From assembly GCA_963714795.1 (NCBI GenBank), contig CAVQPS010000009.1, positions 385,304 through 449,303 on the forward strand: 64,000 nt of DNA, written 5' to 3'. Origin of the DNA: an uncultured Ignavibacteriales bacterium. Its GTDB lineage: Bacteria > Bacteroidota > Ignavibacteria > UBA10030 > SZUA-254. Shown piece after piece: positions 52,073 through 61,544 of the stretch (its first letter is position 1; each line of letters begins with the position of its first letter). A model generated the notes under the pieces. It made no database searches. It was not told the origin of the DNA and saw only the letters and a program-made list of their open reading frames with translations. The position numbers and the translations under genes were made by a program.

Positions 52073-52732
52073 TTAGAATTGAACCCGGAAACCGCCGCTG
52101 AGTGGAAAATACTGCCGCGCGTCTTCGAAAACTCCGAGAACCGATTTTCCCTGCACAAAGAATGTAATTTCATCGGTGATCGGTGCCTCGATACCGACTC
52201 CTATAGTCCAGGCAAATGACGATTTGCTTTCCGCATGAATCGAATAGAGCGTATCCTGAATGGCAACACTGTCTTGACTGTAATGCATATATCCGATGCC
52301 GATAAGAAAATACGGGGCGATCGAATGTTTCGACGCAGAGAAGGTGCCTTTAAAATTTGCAAACACGGCGAGGTTGCTGATCGGACCGCTGGCAGTCAGA
52401 CCACCCGACTGAATTTCAGAAGAACTCGCGGAGGAATATTGCGGAAGAAGCCAGTTCCGGTAACCGGTTTGATTGAATGCAAACCTGCTGAACTCTACCG
52501 TACCGAATACTTCGCCATAACCGATCGAACCGGGTGAAAAAGAATACCCGTAACCGACTCCGGCATTCCATCCTGTCTTCCAAACATCTTTCGTCAACGC
52601 CGGCAAATACGGATACGCACTCCCTCCCCAAACATAAACATGCCGGTCCACTGTCTTGGCTGAATCTTCCTGTGCAACAAGAAACGAAGTCAGTACCATG
52701 CTGAATAATACGATAAGGACAACCGATTTCAT
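52073..52732 (-). CDS. Small outer-membrane beta-barrel protein
   Basis: Signal peptide; GWNAGVGYGY, PYFLIGIG, AWTIGVGIE; C-terminal F. Confidence 0.75.
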   Translation of the reverse strand: MKSVVLIVLFSMVLTSFLVAQEDSAKTVDRHVYVWGGSAYPYLPALTKDVWKTGWNAGVGYGYSFSPGSIGYGEVFGTVEFSRFAFNQTGYRNWLLPQYSSASSSEIQSGGLTASGPISNLAVFANFKGTFSASKHSIAPYFLIGIGYMHYSQDSVAIQDTLYSIHAESKSSFAWTIGVGIEAPITDEITFFVQGKSVLGVFEDARQYFPLSGGFRVQF

Positions 52733-52845
52733 AAACAATATTCCTTTGTTTTAGTGATGATATCTATAAGTTCACGAGAACGATAATGCACCATTCCGCG
52801 CAATGAATCAGAGTAGCATGAGTATACGAAGGTTTTTTCTCTTTT

Positions 52846-54519
52846 TCAAGGTAGGGCTGGTTTTACGAAAATAACTTTTTCATGTTCCATGACAACCGCT
52901 CCTTCTTTGAGCCCTTTGCGTTTAAAAACATATTTCCGCTCGCAATACGCCACAGGAACATTGCCGGCATTCCGCATTTTGCTGTAATATGCCGCAATTG
53001 CCGCAGCCTGATGGATTGCTTCCTTCGAAGCGGGAGAATCTTTTCCATGCACTTTCAAAACAGTATGTGATCCGCTTGCGCCCCGGACATGAAACCACAA
53101 ATCGTTCGGTTTGGCATATTTCATCGTCAGCAGATCATTGTTGGCGCTGCTTTTTCCTACCCAAACTTCGAGTTCTCCCGCCACAGAAAAAATCCGAAAC
53201 GGGGGAGAGGTATCTTTTTCTTTTTCAACAATAATATTCATCGTTTTTAACGTGTTTGTGTGTTGTGATAACCATGCTTTCAGTTCATCGGTTGAAGAAC
53301 ATTTCTGAAGTCCGGCGTCTAATTCCCGGAGCAATTTTTCTCTCTGGTCATACAATCGGTGGCGGCGTTCCGATTCTTCATTGGCAAGCCGCGCCTTTTT
53401 TGCTTTTTCAAAATACCGTTGTGCATTTTGTACCGTCGAATATTTCGGATCGAGGGAAATGTGAACCGGTATTTCATTATCAAAGGGATTCGGCAGTTCG
53501 ACCTGGACGGTCCCCTTCGAAATTTCGCCGACGTGCGATAATAAAATATTTCCGATGCGTTCGAATTCTCCCGGATCGCGTACCGTTGCGGAAGAAATAT
53601 TCTGCAGGGCACGCAATGTATGTTCGAGTTCTTTCTGAATTTCTTTCAACAATACATCTTTTTGAGTGGTAATCCTCCGTTCATGAAATTGCATTTTGAG
53701 CCGGGAACGTATTCCCTCATTCACGGAGGGAAATGATTCCTGATCGCATTCTTTGCGATGATGCAAAACAATGACAGAAAAAATTTCAATGCCATCCGGG
53801 CATCGGTACAACAACGATACCGGGTCATTCAGTTCTTTCTGAAAGGAGTTTATGTTTTCGATTATCCGGGAACATTCCTCTTCCGTAATTTCTTCTGCCG
53901 AACATCCTTCATCAATGTTTGAACGATACAATATTTCCCGGACATAAACAGTTCCAAAAACGGGAAAGAGTTTCTTCAGGGTTTTGAATATCCGGTCATC
54001 CGGATTGCCTTTTACGAAACGAAAAAATTCCCGGGGATCGTTCAAAATGTGATCGTGGCTTCTATTTTTGATTTCCGGAAAAACAGTACCGGCAAAAGTT
54101 TTATTGTTCTTGAACGCCTCGATAATGCGATCCCCATCAACAAAAAATATATTGCTTGACGCCGTATCGTATAACTGGAAGTAAAGATGTGATCCGTTTC
54201 CGACATCAATCATCATCGTTCGATCATGCGGATGCATGTGGACTCCAAGAACAGTTTTGCCGACAATCGCGGGAAAAAGATCGGTGGAATTTTTTCGTGC
54301 ACGGGACATTTCATTGCGAACAATGATATAATTCCGCTTTGGTTCGATCGAAACAGATAATGCCGCGTTTCGTTCAACGTGATTCTCGGGTAACGCAAGG
54401 GTAAAGACAAGTTCGTTGCGTTGCTGTGTAAACACTTCAACAAAAACCGCGCCGCCAAGAAGTTTATCAAATTCTTTACTAAGGGCGTGCAGCGTAACAT
54501 AGTGAGTAATCATAGGCAT
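52846..54519 (-). CDS. rqcH: NFACT/Rqc2 family ribosome quality-control protein (FbpA-like)
   Basis: DR motif (HPHDR), FG..Y.REI, LDP..STVQNAQRYF.K.KK, GKSSANND.LT, WFH...SGSH, AA..AAYYSK. Confidence 0.88.
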   Translation of the reverse strand: MPMITHYVTLHALSKEFDKLLGGAVFVEVFTQQRNELVFTLALPENHVERNAALSVSIEPKRNYIIVRNEMSRARKNSTDLFPAIVGKTVLGVHMHPHDRTMMIDVGNGSHLYFQLYDTASSNIFFVDGDRIIEAFKNNKTFAGTVFPEIKNRSHDHILNDPREFFRFVKGNPDDRIFKTLKKLFPVFGTVYVREILYRSNIDEGCSAEEITEEECSRIIENINSFQKELNDPVSLLYRCPDGIEIFSVIVLHHRKECDQESFPSVNEGIRSRLKMQFHERRITTQKDVLLKEIQKELEHTLRALQNISSATVRDPGEFERIGNILLSHVGEISKGTVQVELPNPFDNEIPVHISLDPKYSTVQNAQRYFEKAKKARLANEESERRHRLYDQREKLLRELDAGLQKCSSTDELKAWLSQHTNTLKTMNIIVEKEKDTSPPFRIFSVAGELEVWVGKSSANNDLLTMKYAKPNDLWFHVRGASGSHTVLKVHGKDSPASKEAIHQAAAIAAYYSKMRNAGNVPVAYCERKYVFKRKGLKEGAVVMEHEKVIFVKPALP

Positions 54520-54526
54520 CTAAAAG

Positions 54527-54611
54527 TTATTCACAATATATTCAAAAAGTATTCGTTGAACAACGGATCGGGGCAAAAACTTCGAACGAACTGTGGAAAA
54601 CCGGTGGAAAA
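54527..54611. promoter_or_regulatory. Cluster of DnaA boxes
   Basis: TTATTCACA (54527-54535) and TGTGGAAAA (54592-54600, reverse complement TTTTCCACA) both match TTWTNCACA; GGTGGAAAA (54603-54611) has one mismatch. Confidence 0.6.
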
Positions 54612-54629
54612 TCTGTTCAAATGTTTTCC

Positions 54630-54658
54630 TTGACGGATGGCGGGGAATTTTGTACCTT
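54630..54658 (+). promoter_or_regulatory. Promoter of the yicC-gmk-rpoZ-coaBC-udg-dnaB operon
   Basis: TTGACG (54630-54635), 17 nt, TACCTT (54653-54658). Confidence 0.6.
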
Positions 54659-54694
54659 ACTAATGAATTTTCCTCAAAAATTGGCCTTTTTCCT

Positions 54695-55577
54695 ATGATT
54701 TCCAGCATGACGGGGTACGGACGGGGTGAAGTTACGAAGGATCGCGTCACGGCCGTCGCCGAAGTACGGTCGGTCAACAGCCGGTATCTCGAAGTCATGT
54801 CGCGGTTGCCGCGTACCATGTCGTTGCGCGAGAACGATGTGAAGGAACTTGTTCGTTTAAAATTCAGCCGTGGAAAAGTGAACGTCGTATTGAACATTAC
54901 TCATGAGAATGATAATGATGTTCCCGCTGAAAATTAACAAAGCGGTTGCGCGCGGTTATTACAAGTTGTTGAATGATTTAAAAAAATCGGTAAAGCTGAA
55001 AGAGAAAATCACACTCGATCATCTTTTGAAATTCACCGATGTCATGGAGGTCGACGAATTCGATCGTGGAGATGATCACGAATGGAACTTACTGCAAAAC
55101 GCGTTGAACCTCGCTCTCGATGAGGCGGCCGGCATGCGCCGGCGTGAAGGACAAGAGTTGATGAAAGACCTTACCGCCCGCGTACAACAAATCGAAAAGG
55201 TTCTCACGACCATTGAACGATCTGCAAAAGAAAATATTCCCCGTGTGCGGTCGATGCTGGAAGAACGTTTGCAGGAACTGGTCAGCGACCGCTCCGTCAT
55301 CGACAAAAACCGGCTGGAGTTGGAAATCGCACTGTATGCCGACAAGTTGGATATCACGGAAGAATGCGTCCGGTTCCGGAGTCACAACAAGTTTTTCCTG
55401 AAAGCGTTGAGCGACGAAGAATCTGCCGGCCGAAAATTGAATTTTCTTATTCAGGAAATGAACCGTGAAGCAAACACGATCGGATCGAAAGCAAACAATG
55501 CGGACATCGCACATCTCGTCGTCGGCATCAAAGAAGAACTCGAAAAGATCCGGGAACAATTGCAGAACATCGAATAA
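54695..55577 (+). CDS. yicC: YicC/YloC family endoribonuclease, with a 1-nt insertion at about 54924
   Basis: MISSMTGYGR...SVNSRYLE...RGKV in one frame, then PLKINK...DITEECVRF.SH...GRKLNFLIQEMNREANTIGSK...REQLQNIE. Confidence 0.92.
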
Positions 55578-55583
55578 CGGTTC

Positions 55584-56165
55584 ATGCAAACACCGATGTT
55601 GATAGTCATTTCCGGGCCGAGCGGATGCGGCAAAACAAGTATTGCTCAGGCAATGTTACTGCGGCATCCGGAAATATTGTTTTCCGTATCGGCAACGACG
55701 CGGCCGCAGCGGGCAAACGAAGTTCACGGAAAAGATTATTTCTTCATCACGAGAGAATCGTTTCAACAGAAAATACGTGACAATGAACTGGCGGAGTGGG
55801 AACAAATTTACGACGATTTTTACGGGACACCGGAAGAAGAAATCCGCAAAGCCGCTTCTGCCGGAAAGCCGTTGTTGCTCGATATCGATGTGAAGGGCGC
55901 GTTGTCCATCAAAAATAAATATCCGGCAAACAGCATTTTGTTGTTCATCAAACCGCCGAGCATCGCAATCCTGAGGGAACGTTTGATGAATCGGAAAACA
56001 GAAAGTCCTGAAACGCTTCAAAAACGGATGAGCCGTGCTACCATGGAAATGGAACAGGCGCCACGATTCGACCACACGATTATCAACGACACATTGGAAA
56101 CTGCCATTGATGAAGCCGATTCGATTATCGTGAACCTCATCGCCGTTCCAATGAAAAAAGTGTAA
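55584..56165 (+). CDS. gmk: Guanylate kinase
   Basis: SGPSGCGKT, SATTRPQR..EVHGKDYFF, YGT, DIDVKGA. Confidence 0.97.
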   Translation: MQTPMLIVISGPSGCGKTSIAQAMLLRHPEILFSVSATTRPQRANEVHGKDYFFITRESFQQKIRDNELAEWEQIYDDFYGTPEEEIRKAASAGKPLLLDIDVKGALSIKNKYPANSILLFIKPPSIAILRERLMNRKTESPETLQKRMSRATMEMEQAPRFDHTIINDTLETAIDEADSIIVNLIAVPMKKV

Positions 56166-56200
56166 AACACAATATCCATCATCAACAAAGGAAGTCATGT

Positions 56201-56524
56201 ATGGCGATCAAACCGATCGATATCGAACAAATGAGCAATTCGGCGGAAAATATTTATGAGGCAATCGTCGTGCTCTTGAAACGCGCACGGCAGATCAACG
56301 AAGAAATGAAGATCGAATTCAACCAGCGGATCGAGATGCTGCAGTCACGTATCTTCGAACCGGAAGACGAATCCGACCAGCCGCAGACCAATCCGGATCA
56401 AATTTTAGTTGCACAGGAATTCGAACGGCGGCCCAAACCGACCGAAACCGCCATCAATGAATTACTGGAAAAGAAAATTACGTTCCGGTACAAAGAAGAT
56501 GAAAACCCACCACCCACTCTGTGA
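56201..56524 (+). CDS. rpoZ: RNA polymerase omega subunit (FCB-type)
   Basis: NIYEAIVVLLKRARQIN...PKPT..AI.E; lies between gmk and coaBC. Confidence 0.85.
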   Translation: MAIKPIDIEQMSNSAENIYEAIVVLLKRARQINEEMKIEFNQRIEMLQSRIFEPEDESDQPQTNPDQILVAQEFERRPKPTETAINELLEKKITFRYKEDENPPPTL

Positions 56525-56546
56525 TCGGTAAATATCCATTCGGCAT

Positions 56547-57764
56547 ATGCTGAAGGGAAAAAAAATAGTCATCGGCATCACCGGCGGTATTGCAGCGTAT
56601 AAAATACCGTTGCTGATACGTTCATTGAAAAAAGCAGGGGCCGGCATTCGTGTGGTTATGACCGACGCCGCGAAAGAATTCGTCACACCGCTCACGTTGT
56701 CGACACTTTCCGGCGAAGAGGTTATCGTCGGCATGTTTCCGTCAAACGACGCTGAACGTGTCGATGCGAGCACGTGGCACATCACGCTCGGACAATGGGC
56801 GGATGTTATGGTTATTGCACCGGCGACTGCCAATGTCATAACAAAACTCGCACATGGATTTGCCGATAATGCCGTAACGACTCTTGTGCTGGCAATGCGC
56901 TGTCCGATAATCGTCTCTCCGGCAATGGATGTCGATATGTGGAACCACACAGCAACTCAAGCGAACATTAACACGCTGCAGGAAATGGGGTTCGTGGTTT
57001 TACCGCCGGAAGAAGGCGATCTGGCAAGCGGGTTGAGCGGAAAGGGGCGATTGCCGGAACTTTCCGTCATCGAGAATGCTGTTACAGAAATTCTCTCCAA
57101 TGCCCGCCAGGATCTCAAAGGAAAAAAAATTCTTGTCACTGCCGGACCGACCAACGAAGCAATTGATCCTGTTCGGTTTATCGGCAACAGGTCGTCGGGC
57201 AAAATGGGATTCGCCATTGCCAATGCCGCCGCACAACGGGGGGCGGAAGTAACGTTGATCACCGGCCGCGTTCATCTGGCGACACCGCGCAATGTCACCA
57301 GGATCGACGTTGAATCGGCAGAAGAAATGTTCAACGCTGTTCGAAAACATTATCCTCGCAAAGATGCCATTGTGATGTCCGCAGCAGTTGCCGATTTTAC
57401 ACCGGTATCGTTCTCTTCAAAAAAAATAAAAAAAGAACAGACAAAAACGAAACTTTCCATTGAACTCAAAAAGACCGTCGATATCCTTCATTTTCTCGGA
57501 ACGCACAAAAACAACAACATATTAGTAGGATTTGCGCTAGAGACACATAATGAAATCGCATCGGCAAAGAATAAACTCAAAGAGAAACATCTTGATTTTA
57601 TCGTACTGAATAACCCCTTGCTCGAGGGATCCGGATTTGAAACCGATACCAATATTGTCACGATCATTTCCAGGAACAACAACGTTGAGCGGCTTAAGAA
57701 AATGACGAAATTCAACGTCGCTCAGGAAATTCTGAACAGGGTTTCGAAAAAATTGACCAAATAA
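56547..57764 (+). CDS. coaBC: Bifunctional phosphopantothenoylcysteine decarboxylase/synthase
   Basis: GITGGIAAYK, APATAN, PAM, VTAGPT.E.IDPVRFIGNRSSGKMG, AAVADF, GFALET. Confidence 0.97.
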   Translation: MLKGKKIVIGITGGIAAYKIPLLIRSLKKAGAGIRVVMTDAAKEFVTPLTLSTLSGEEVIVGMFPSNDAERVDASTWHITLGQWADVMVIAPATANVITKLAHGFADNAVTTLVLAMRCPIIVSPAMDVDMWNHTATQANINTLQEMGFVVLPPEEGDLASGLSGKGRLPELSVIENAVTEILSNARQDLKGKKILVTAGPTNEAIDPVRFIGNRSSGKMGFAIANAAAQRGAEVTLITGRVHLATPRNVTRIDVESAEEMFNAVRKHYPRKDAIVMSAAVADFTPVSFSSKKIKKEQTKTKLSIELKKTVDILHFLGTHKNNNILVGFALETHNEIASAKNKLKEKHLDFIVLNNPLLEGSGFETDTNIVTIISRNNNVERLKKMTKFNVAQEILNRVSKKLTK

Positions 57765-57791
57765 ATTGTAGCAATTGCACGAATCCTGAAC

Positions 57792-58514
57792 ATGGCTCAA
57801 AAGGATATTCTAAAATTTCTCGATGATGCCCAGAAGTATTTTGCCCAACAGCAGGATCTCTTCGGCGAAACTGTTTATCAAAATCCTATAAACCAACAAT
57901 CACCAGTGACTGCAGAACCAATCTCGCCTTCGGCGAACGAACCATGGATGAGCAGTTCTTCTCTGACCAATTTAGAAGAACAGATATGCACATGTCTGAA
58001 ATGTCCGCTCGGACAGACGCGAACGAATTTCGTTTTCGGCACCGGCAATCCGAATGCCGATTTGATGTTCATCGGCGAAGCACCCGGGGCGGATGAAGAC
58101 GCACAGGGAAAACCGTTTGTGGGGCGCGCCGGTCAGCTTTTAACAAAAATCATCGAAGCGGTCGGAATGAAACGTGAGGAAGTTTTTATCTGCAATATCC
58201 TGAAGTGCAGGCCGCCGAACAATCGCCGGCCGACCGCAGATGAAGTCGAACTGTGCACGCCATATCTCAACAAACAGATTGCATTGGTGAAACCGAAGTT
58301 TATCATTTGCCTCGGACTGACCGCGGCACAATGGCTGTTGCAAACGACATCGAGTCTCGGAACACTCCGAGGCCGATTTCATGATTTTCAGGGAATCAAA
58401 TTAATAGTCACTTATCATCCCGCGGCGCTTCTTCGTAATCCGGAATGGAAAAAACCGACATGGGAAGATATGAAAATGTTTAAAAGCGCGTACGACGCTC
58501 TCAAAGGCGCATAA
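57792..58514 (+). CDS. Uracil-DNA glycosylase family 4 (4Fe-4S)
   Basis: [34 protein letters not shown]. Confidence 0.93.
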   Translation: MAQKDILKFLDDAQKYFAQQQDLFGETVYQNPINQQSPVTAEPISPSANEPWMSSSSLTNLEEQICTCLKCPLGQTRTNFVFGTGNPNADLMFIGEAPGADEDAQGKPFVGRAGQLLTKIIEAVGMKREEVFICNILKCRPPNNRRPTADEVELCTPYLNKQIALVKPKFIICLGLTAAQWLLQTTSSLGTLRGRFHDFQGIKLIVTYHPAALLRNPEWKKPTWEDMKMFKSAYDALKGA

Positions 58515-58517
58515 CCT

Positions 58518-59972
58518 ATGGCAATCATGAATACACCAACCGACAATTCGGCAAACGGCGAAAACACTTCTGCCGGCAGGATTCCACCGCATGCCGTCGA
58601 TGTGGAACGCTCCGTCCTCGGCGCCATGCTGATCGACAAAGAGGCAGTGCCCAAAGTTCTCGAAATCCTTGATGCGAACGCTTTCTACGCTCCGGCACAT
58701 CAAAAATTGTTCCGCGCCATGATGACGTTATTCGAAAAAGGGGATCCGATCGATGCCGTAACCATTGTCGAGGAATTGCGCAGAAGGGGAGAACTGAATA
58801 ACGTCGACGATCCGGGTTACATCACCGAGCTGACACTGAACGTCACGTCATCGGCAAATGTCGAATACCACGCACGCATCGTACTGGAAAAATCGTTGTT
58901 GCGCAGTTTGATTTCTTCTTCCTCTGAAATTGTTACGCGTGCGTATAACGATTCGGAAGATGCACTCGATCTGCTCGATGTCGCTGAAGGAAAAATTTTC
59001 CAGATTTCGGAACGGCGGCTGAAGAAGACCTTCACGCCGATTAAAAAAGCCGTGCATGAAACATTCGAACTGCTGGAAAGTTTGCACGGCAAACACAGCG
59101 GCATTACCGGAGTCCCGACGGGATTTACAAAACTCAATGAGCTCACGGGTGGATTTCAAAAATCCGATCTCATCATTGTCGCCGGAAGACCGAGTCAGGG
59201 GAAAACCGCTCTGGCATTATCGATTGCCCGCAAAGCGGCTGTCGACAAGGAAAAGAAAACTGCCATTGCGATCTTCAGCCTGGAAATGTCCGAACAACAA
59301 CTCATTATCCGGATGCTGTCGTCCGAAGCAAAAGTAAATGCTCATCTTCTTCGCACCGGACGATTGTCCTCCGATCAATGGGCGAATCTGAGCCGGACAG
59401 CCGGAAGACTTGCCGAATCCAAAATCTTTATCGATGATTCGGCATCGCTCAGCATTCTGGAATTGCGTGCAAAAGCGAGGAGACTCAAAGCGGAACACAA
59501 TATCGGAATGGTCATTGTCGATTACTTACAGCTTGTCCAGGGACCGCGTAATCCCGAATCGCGTGAACGGGAGATTTCTTCCATTTCACGTTCATTAAAA
59601 GCACTCGCAAAGGAATTGAACATTCCCGTTGTGGCGCTTTCCCAGTTGAACCGTGCCGTTGAATCGCGTACCGACCGGCGGCCGATGCTCGCCGACTTAC
59701 GCGAGTCCGGAGCAATCGAACAGGATGCCGATGTTGTCATTTTCGTTCACCGTCCGGAAACCTTTAATCAGAAAACCGTAACCGATGAAGATGGTAATGA
59801 AATCCCTTCGGAAGGCATTGCCGAAATTATCATCGGTAAACAACGAAACGGACCGACCGGCATCGCATTGCTCTCCTTTGTCAAAGAATATGCAAGCTTC
59901 GAACAGCGTGCAGCCTTCAACATTGCTGCACTCGAACCGCCCGTTTCCCTCCACGAGGAAACACCGTTCTGA
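58518..59972 (+). CDS. dnaB: Replicative DNA helicase
   Basis: PPHAVDVE.SVLG, AGRPSQGKT, FSLEM, VDYLQL, LSQLNR, DLRESGAIEQDAD, KQRNGP; no intein. Confidence 0.98.
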   Translation: MAIMNTPTDNSANGENTSAGRIPPHAVDVERSVLGAMLIDKEAVPKVLEILDANAFYAPAHQKLFRAMMTLFEKGDPIDAVTIVEELRRRGELNNVDDPGYITELTLNVTSSANVEYHARIVLEKSLLRSLISSSSEIVTRAYNDSEDALDLLDVAEGKIFQISERRLKKTFTPIKKAVHETFELLESLHGKHSGITGVPTGFTKLNELTGGFQKSDLIIVAGRPSQGKTALALSIARKAAVDKEKKTAIAIFSLEMSEQQLIIRMLSSEAKVNAHLLRTGRLSSDQWANLSRTAGRLAESKIFIDDSASLSILELRAKARRLKAEHNIGMVIVDYLQLVQGPRNPESREREISSISRSLKALAKELNIPVVALSQLNRAVESRTDRRPMLADLRESGAIEQDADVVIFVHRPETFNQKTVTDEDGNEIPSEGIAEIIIGKQRNGPTGIALLSFVKEYASFEQRAAFNIAALEPPVSLHEETPF

Positions 59973-60040
59973 AAAACATTCTGCCCGGGATATTTCTTTC
60001 CATTGGAAATTTCAGCAGAAGTTCGAAGCGTACTCTTCCG

Positions 60041-60889
60041 ATGATTCACTTTATTCTATTCTTCTTCCTGCCGGCCATTGTTTGTTCATCGTTGAGTGAT
60101 AGCCAACCGCAAACGGCCTCGATTGCAGACAGAATATTCTTATCCGCTTCCAAAAACAATCTGCAACAACAAACAATCGGGGAGGTGATGACCTTTGTTG
60201 GAAAACAATTCATCGGTTCCGCATATGAAGCAAACACGCTGGATCGATCCGGATCTGAAATGCTTGTCTGTAATCTCAAGACATTCGATTGCGTTACATT
60301 TGTTGAAAATGTCTTGGCCCTTTCGCTGTGTATTAAACAGCATCAATATTCGTATGAATCCTATCAGCAAGAGTTGCAAACGATTCGATATCGCCGCGGC
60401 ACAATTGCTGGCTATGCAAGCCGTCTCCATTATTTTTCCGATTGGATATACGATACCGAGCGCAAGGGCATTATTGTTGATGTGACGAAAAAGATCGGCG
60501 GCATTCCGTACCGAAAACATATTGATTTTATGACATCGCATCGTTCATCCTATCCGTCACTTGCCGACGATTCGGTCTTTCAACAATTGTCGATTTGCGA
60601 AGACAGCATCAATGCCAGACCGATGTGGTATATTCCCAAAACCGAAGTCGAGAAATTGCAGAACAAAATTTCCGGCGGGGATATTATTGCGATTACAACC
60701 GCGAAGAAAGGATTAGATGTCAGTCATACCGGCATTGCCATTCGTCTTGCCGATGGCTCATTGCATTTTCTTCACGCACCGGATGTCGGTGCTACCGTGA
60801 CTGTTTCGAAGGAAACATTGCCGGAATATTTAAAACATCACGCCGAACAAACAGGAATTATGGTTCTCCGCGTACACTCTCCCGAGTAA
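60041..60889 (+). CDS. DUF1460 NlpC/P60-type N-acetylmuramoyl-L-alanine amidase-like protein
   Basis: FDCVTFVE, IRYRRG, RLHYFSDW, GLDVSHTGIA, LHA. Confidence 0.85.
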   Translation: MIHFILFFFLPAIVCSSLSDSQPQTASIADRIFLSASKNNLQQQTIGEVMTFVGKQFIGSAYEANTLDRSGSEMLVCNLKTFDCVTFVENVLALSLCIKQHQYSYESYQQELQTIRYRRGTIAGYASRLHYFSDWIYDTERKGIIVDVTKKIGGIPYRKHIDFMTSHRSSYPSLADDSVFQQLSICEDSINARPMWYIPKTEVEKLQNKISGGDIIAITTAKKGLDVSHTGIAIRLADGSLHFLHAPDVGATVTVSKETLPEYLKHHAEQTGIMVLRVHSPE

Positions 60890-60917
60890 TCTTTCACAGA
60901 TCAATCGATCAGTAAAT

Positions 60918-61400
60918 TTATCGCTGTTTCAAAATTGTATTGAATTGTTCCCTGCCAATTCGGTACGGCAGCCATTCGCGTAACCGTTGTGCGCCTATAC
61001 GTTCGTAAAAACGAATCGCGTTCACATTCCAATCGAGCACAACCCATTCCATTCTTCCGCAACCTCGTCGTTTGGCTCGCTGTACACAATACCGAAAGAG
61101 TTTCTTTCCGATACCCATCGACCGGTAATCCGGCAAAATAAAAATATCTTCGAGATAGAATGTCGGAAGTGCCCGAAACGATGAATATGTTTCAAAAAAG
61201 ATGGCATACCCGACAGCTTTTTTTTCCACAACTGCAAGAACGGCAGCGAATCGTTTCCGTTTTCCAAACAGATCGCTCAGAAGCCGTTTGCGTGCAGATA
61301 ATGTGGGACGTTTCAGTTTTTCAAAATCGGCAAGCGCATCGATAAGCGAGAGAAATGCTTTACCGTCTTTCCGGCTCACCGACCGAATGAGGACACTCAT
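60918..61400 (-). CDS. GNAT N-acetyltransferase (SSAT-like)
   Basis: LADFEK, YLEDIFI.P.YRSMGIG, MEWVVLDWN.NAIRFY. Confidence 0.9.
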   Translation of the reverse strand: MSVLIRSVSRKDGKAFLSLIDALADFEKLKRPTLSARKRLLSDLFGKRKRFAAVLAVVEKKAVGYAIFFETYSSFRALPTFYLEDIFILPDYRSMGIGKKLFRYCVQRAKRRGCGRMEWVVLDWNVNAIRFYERIGAQRLREWLPYRIGREQFNTILKQR

Positions 61401-61544
61401 CAGGCATTCTCCAGATCATTACATAACAAACAAGGAATCAATCGTTCTGAATCGAAAAAGAAATTATGAAAGTACCTGACCATTAATCAAACATGATTGA
61501 TATGAATGGGGTTTCGGAAAATCAACCTGCCGGGGGGAACGAAA

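Noticed and set aside
54903-54937. Programmed frameshifting in yicC (and in mqnC, S8, vWA)
   Set aside because: No slippery heptamer or stimulatory structure at the shift points; several unrelated genes are affected, which favours sequencing error.
58518-59972. Intein in dnaB
   Set aside because: Normal length (484 aa) with contiguous helicase motifs.
61486-61501. ATCAA-N6-TTGAT, FNR-like
   Set aside because: The half-sites are in the wrong order and spacing for FNR (TTGAT-N4-ATCAA).
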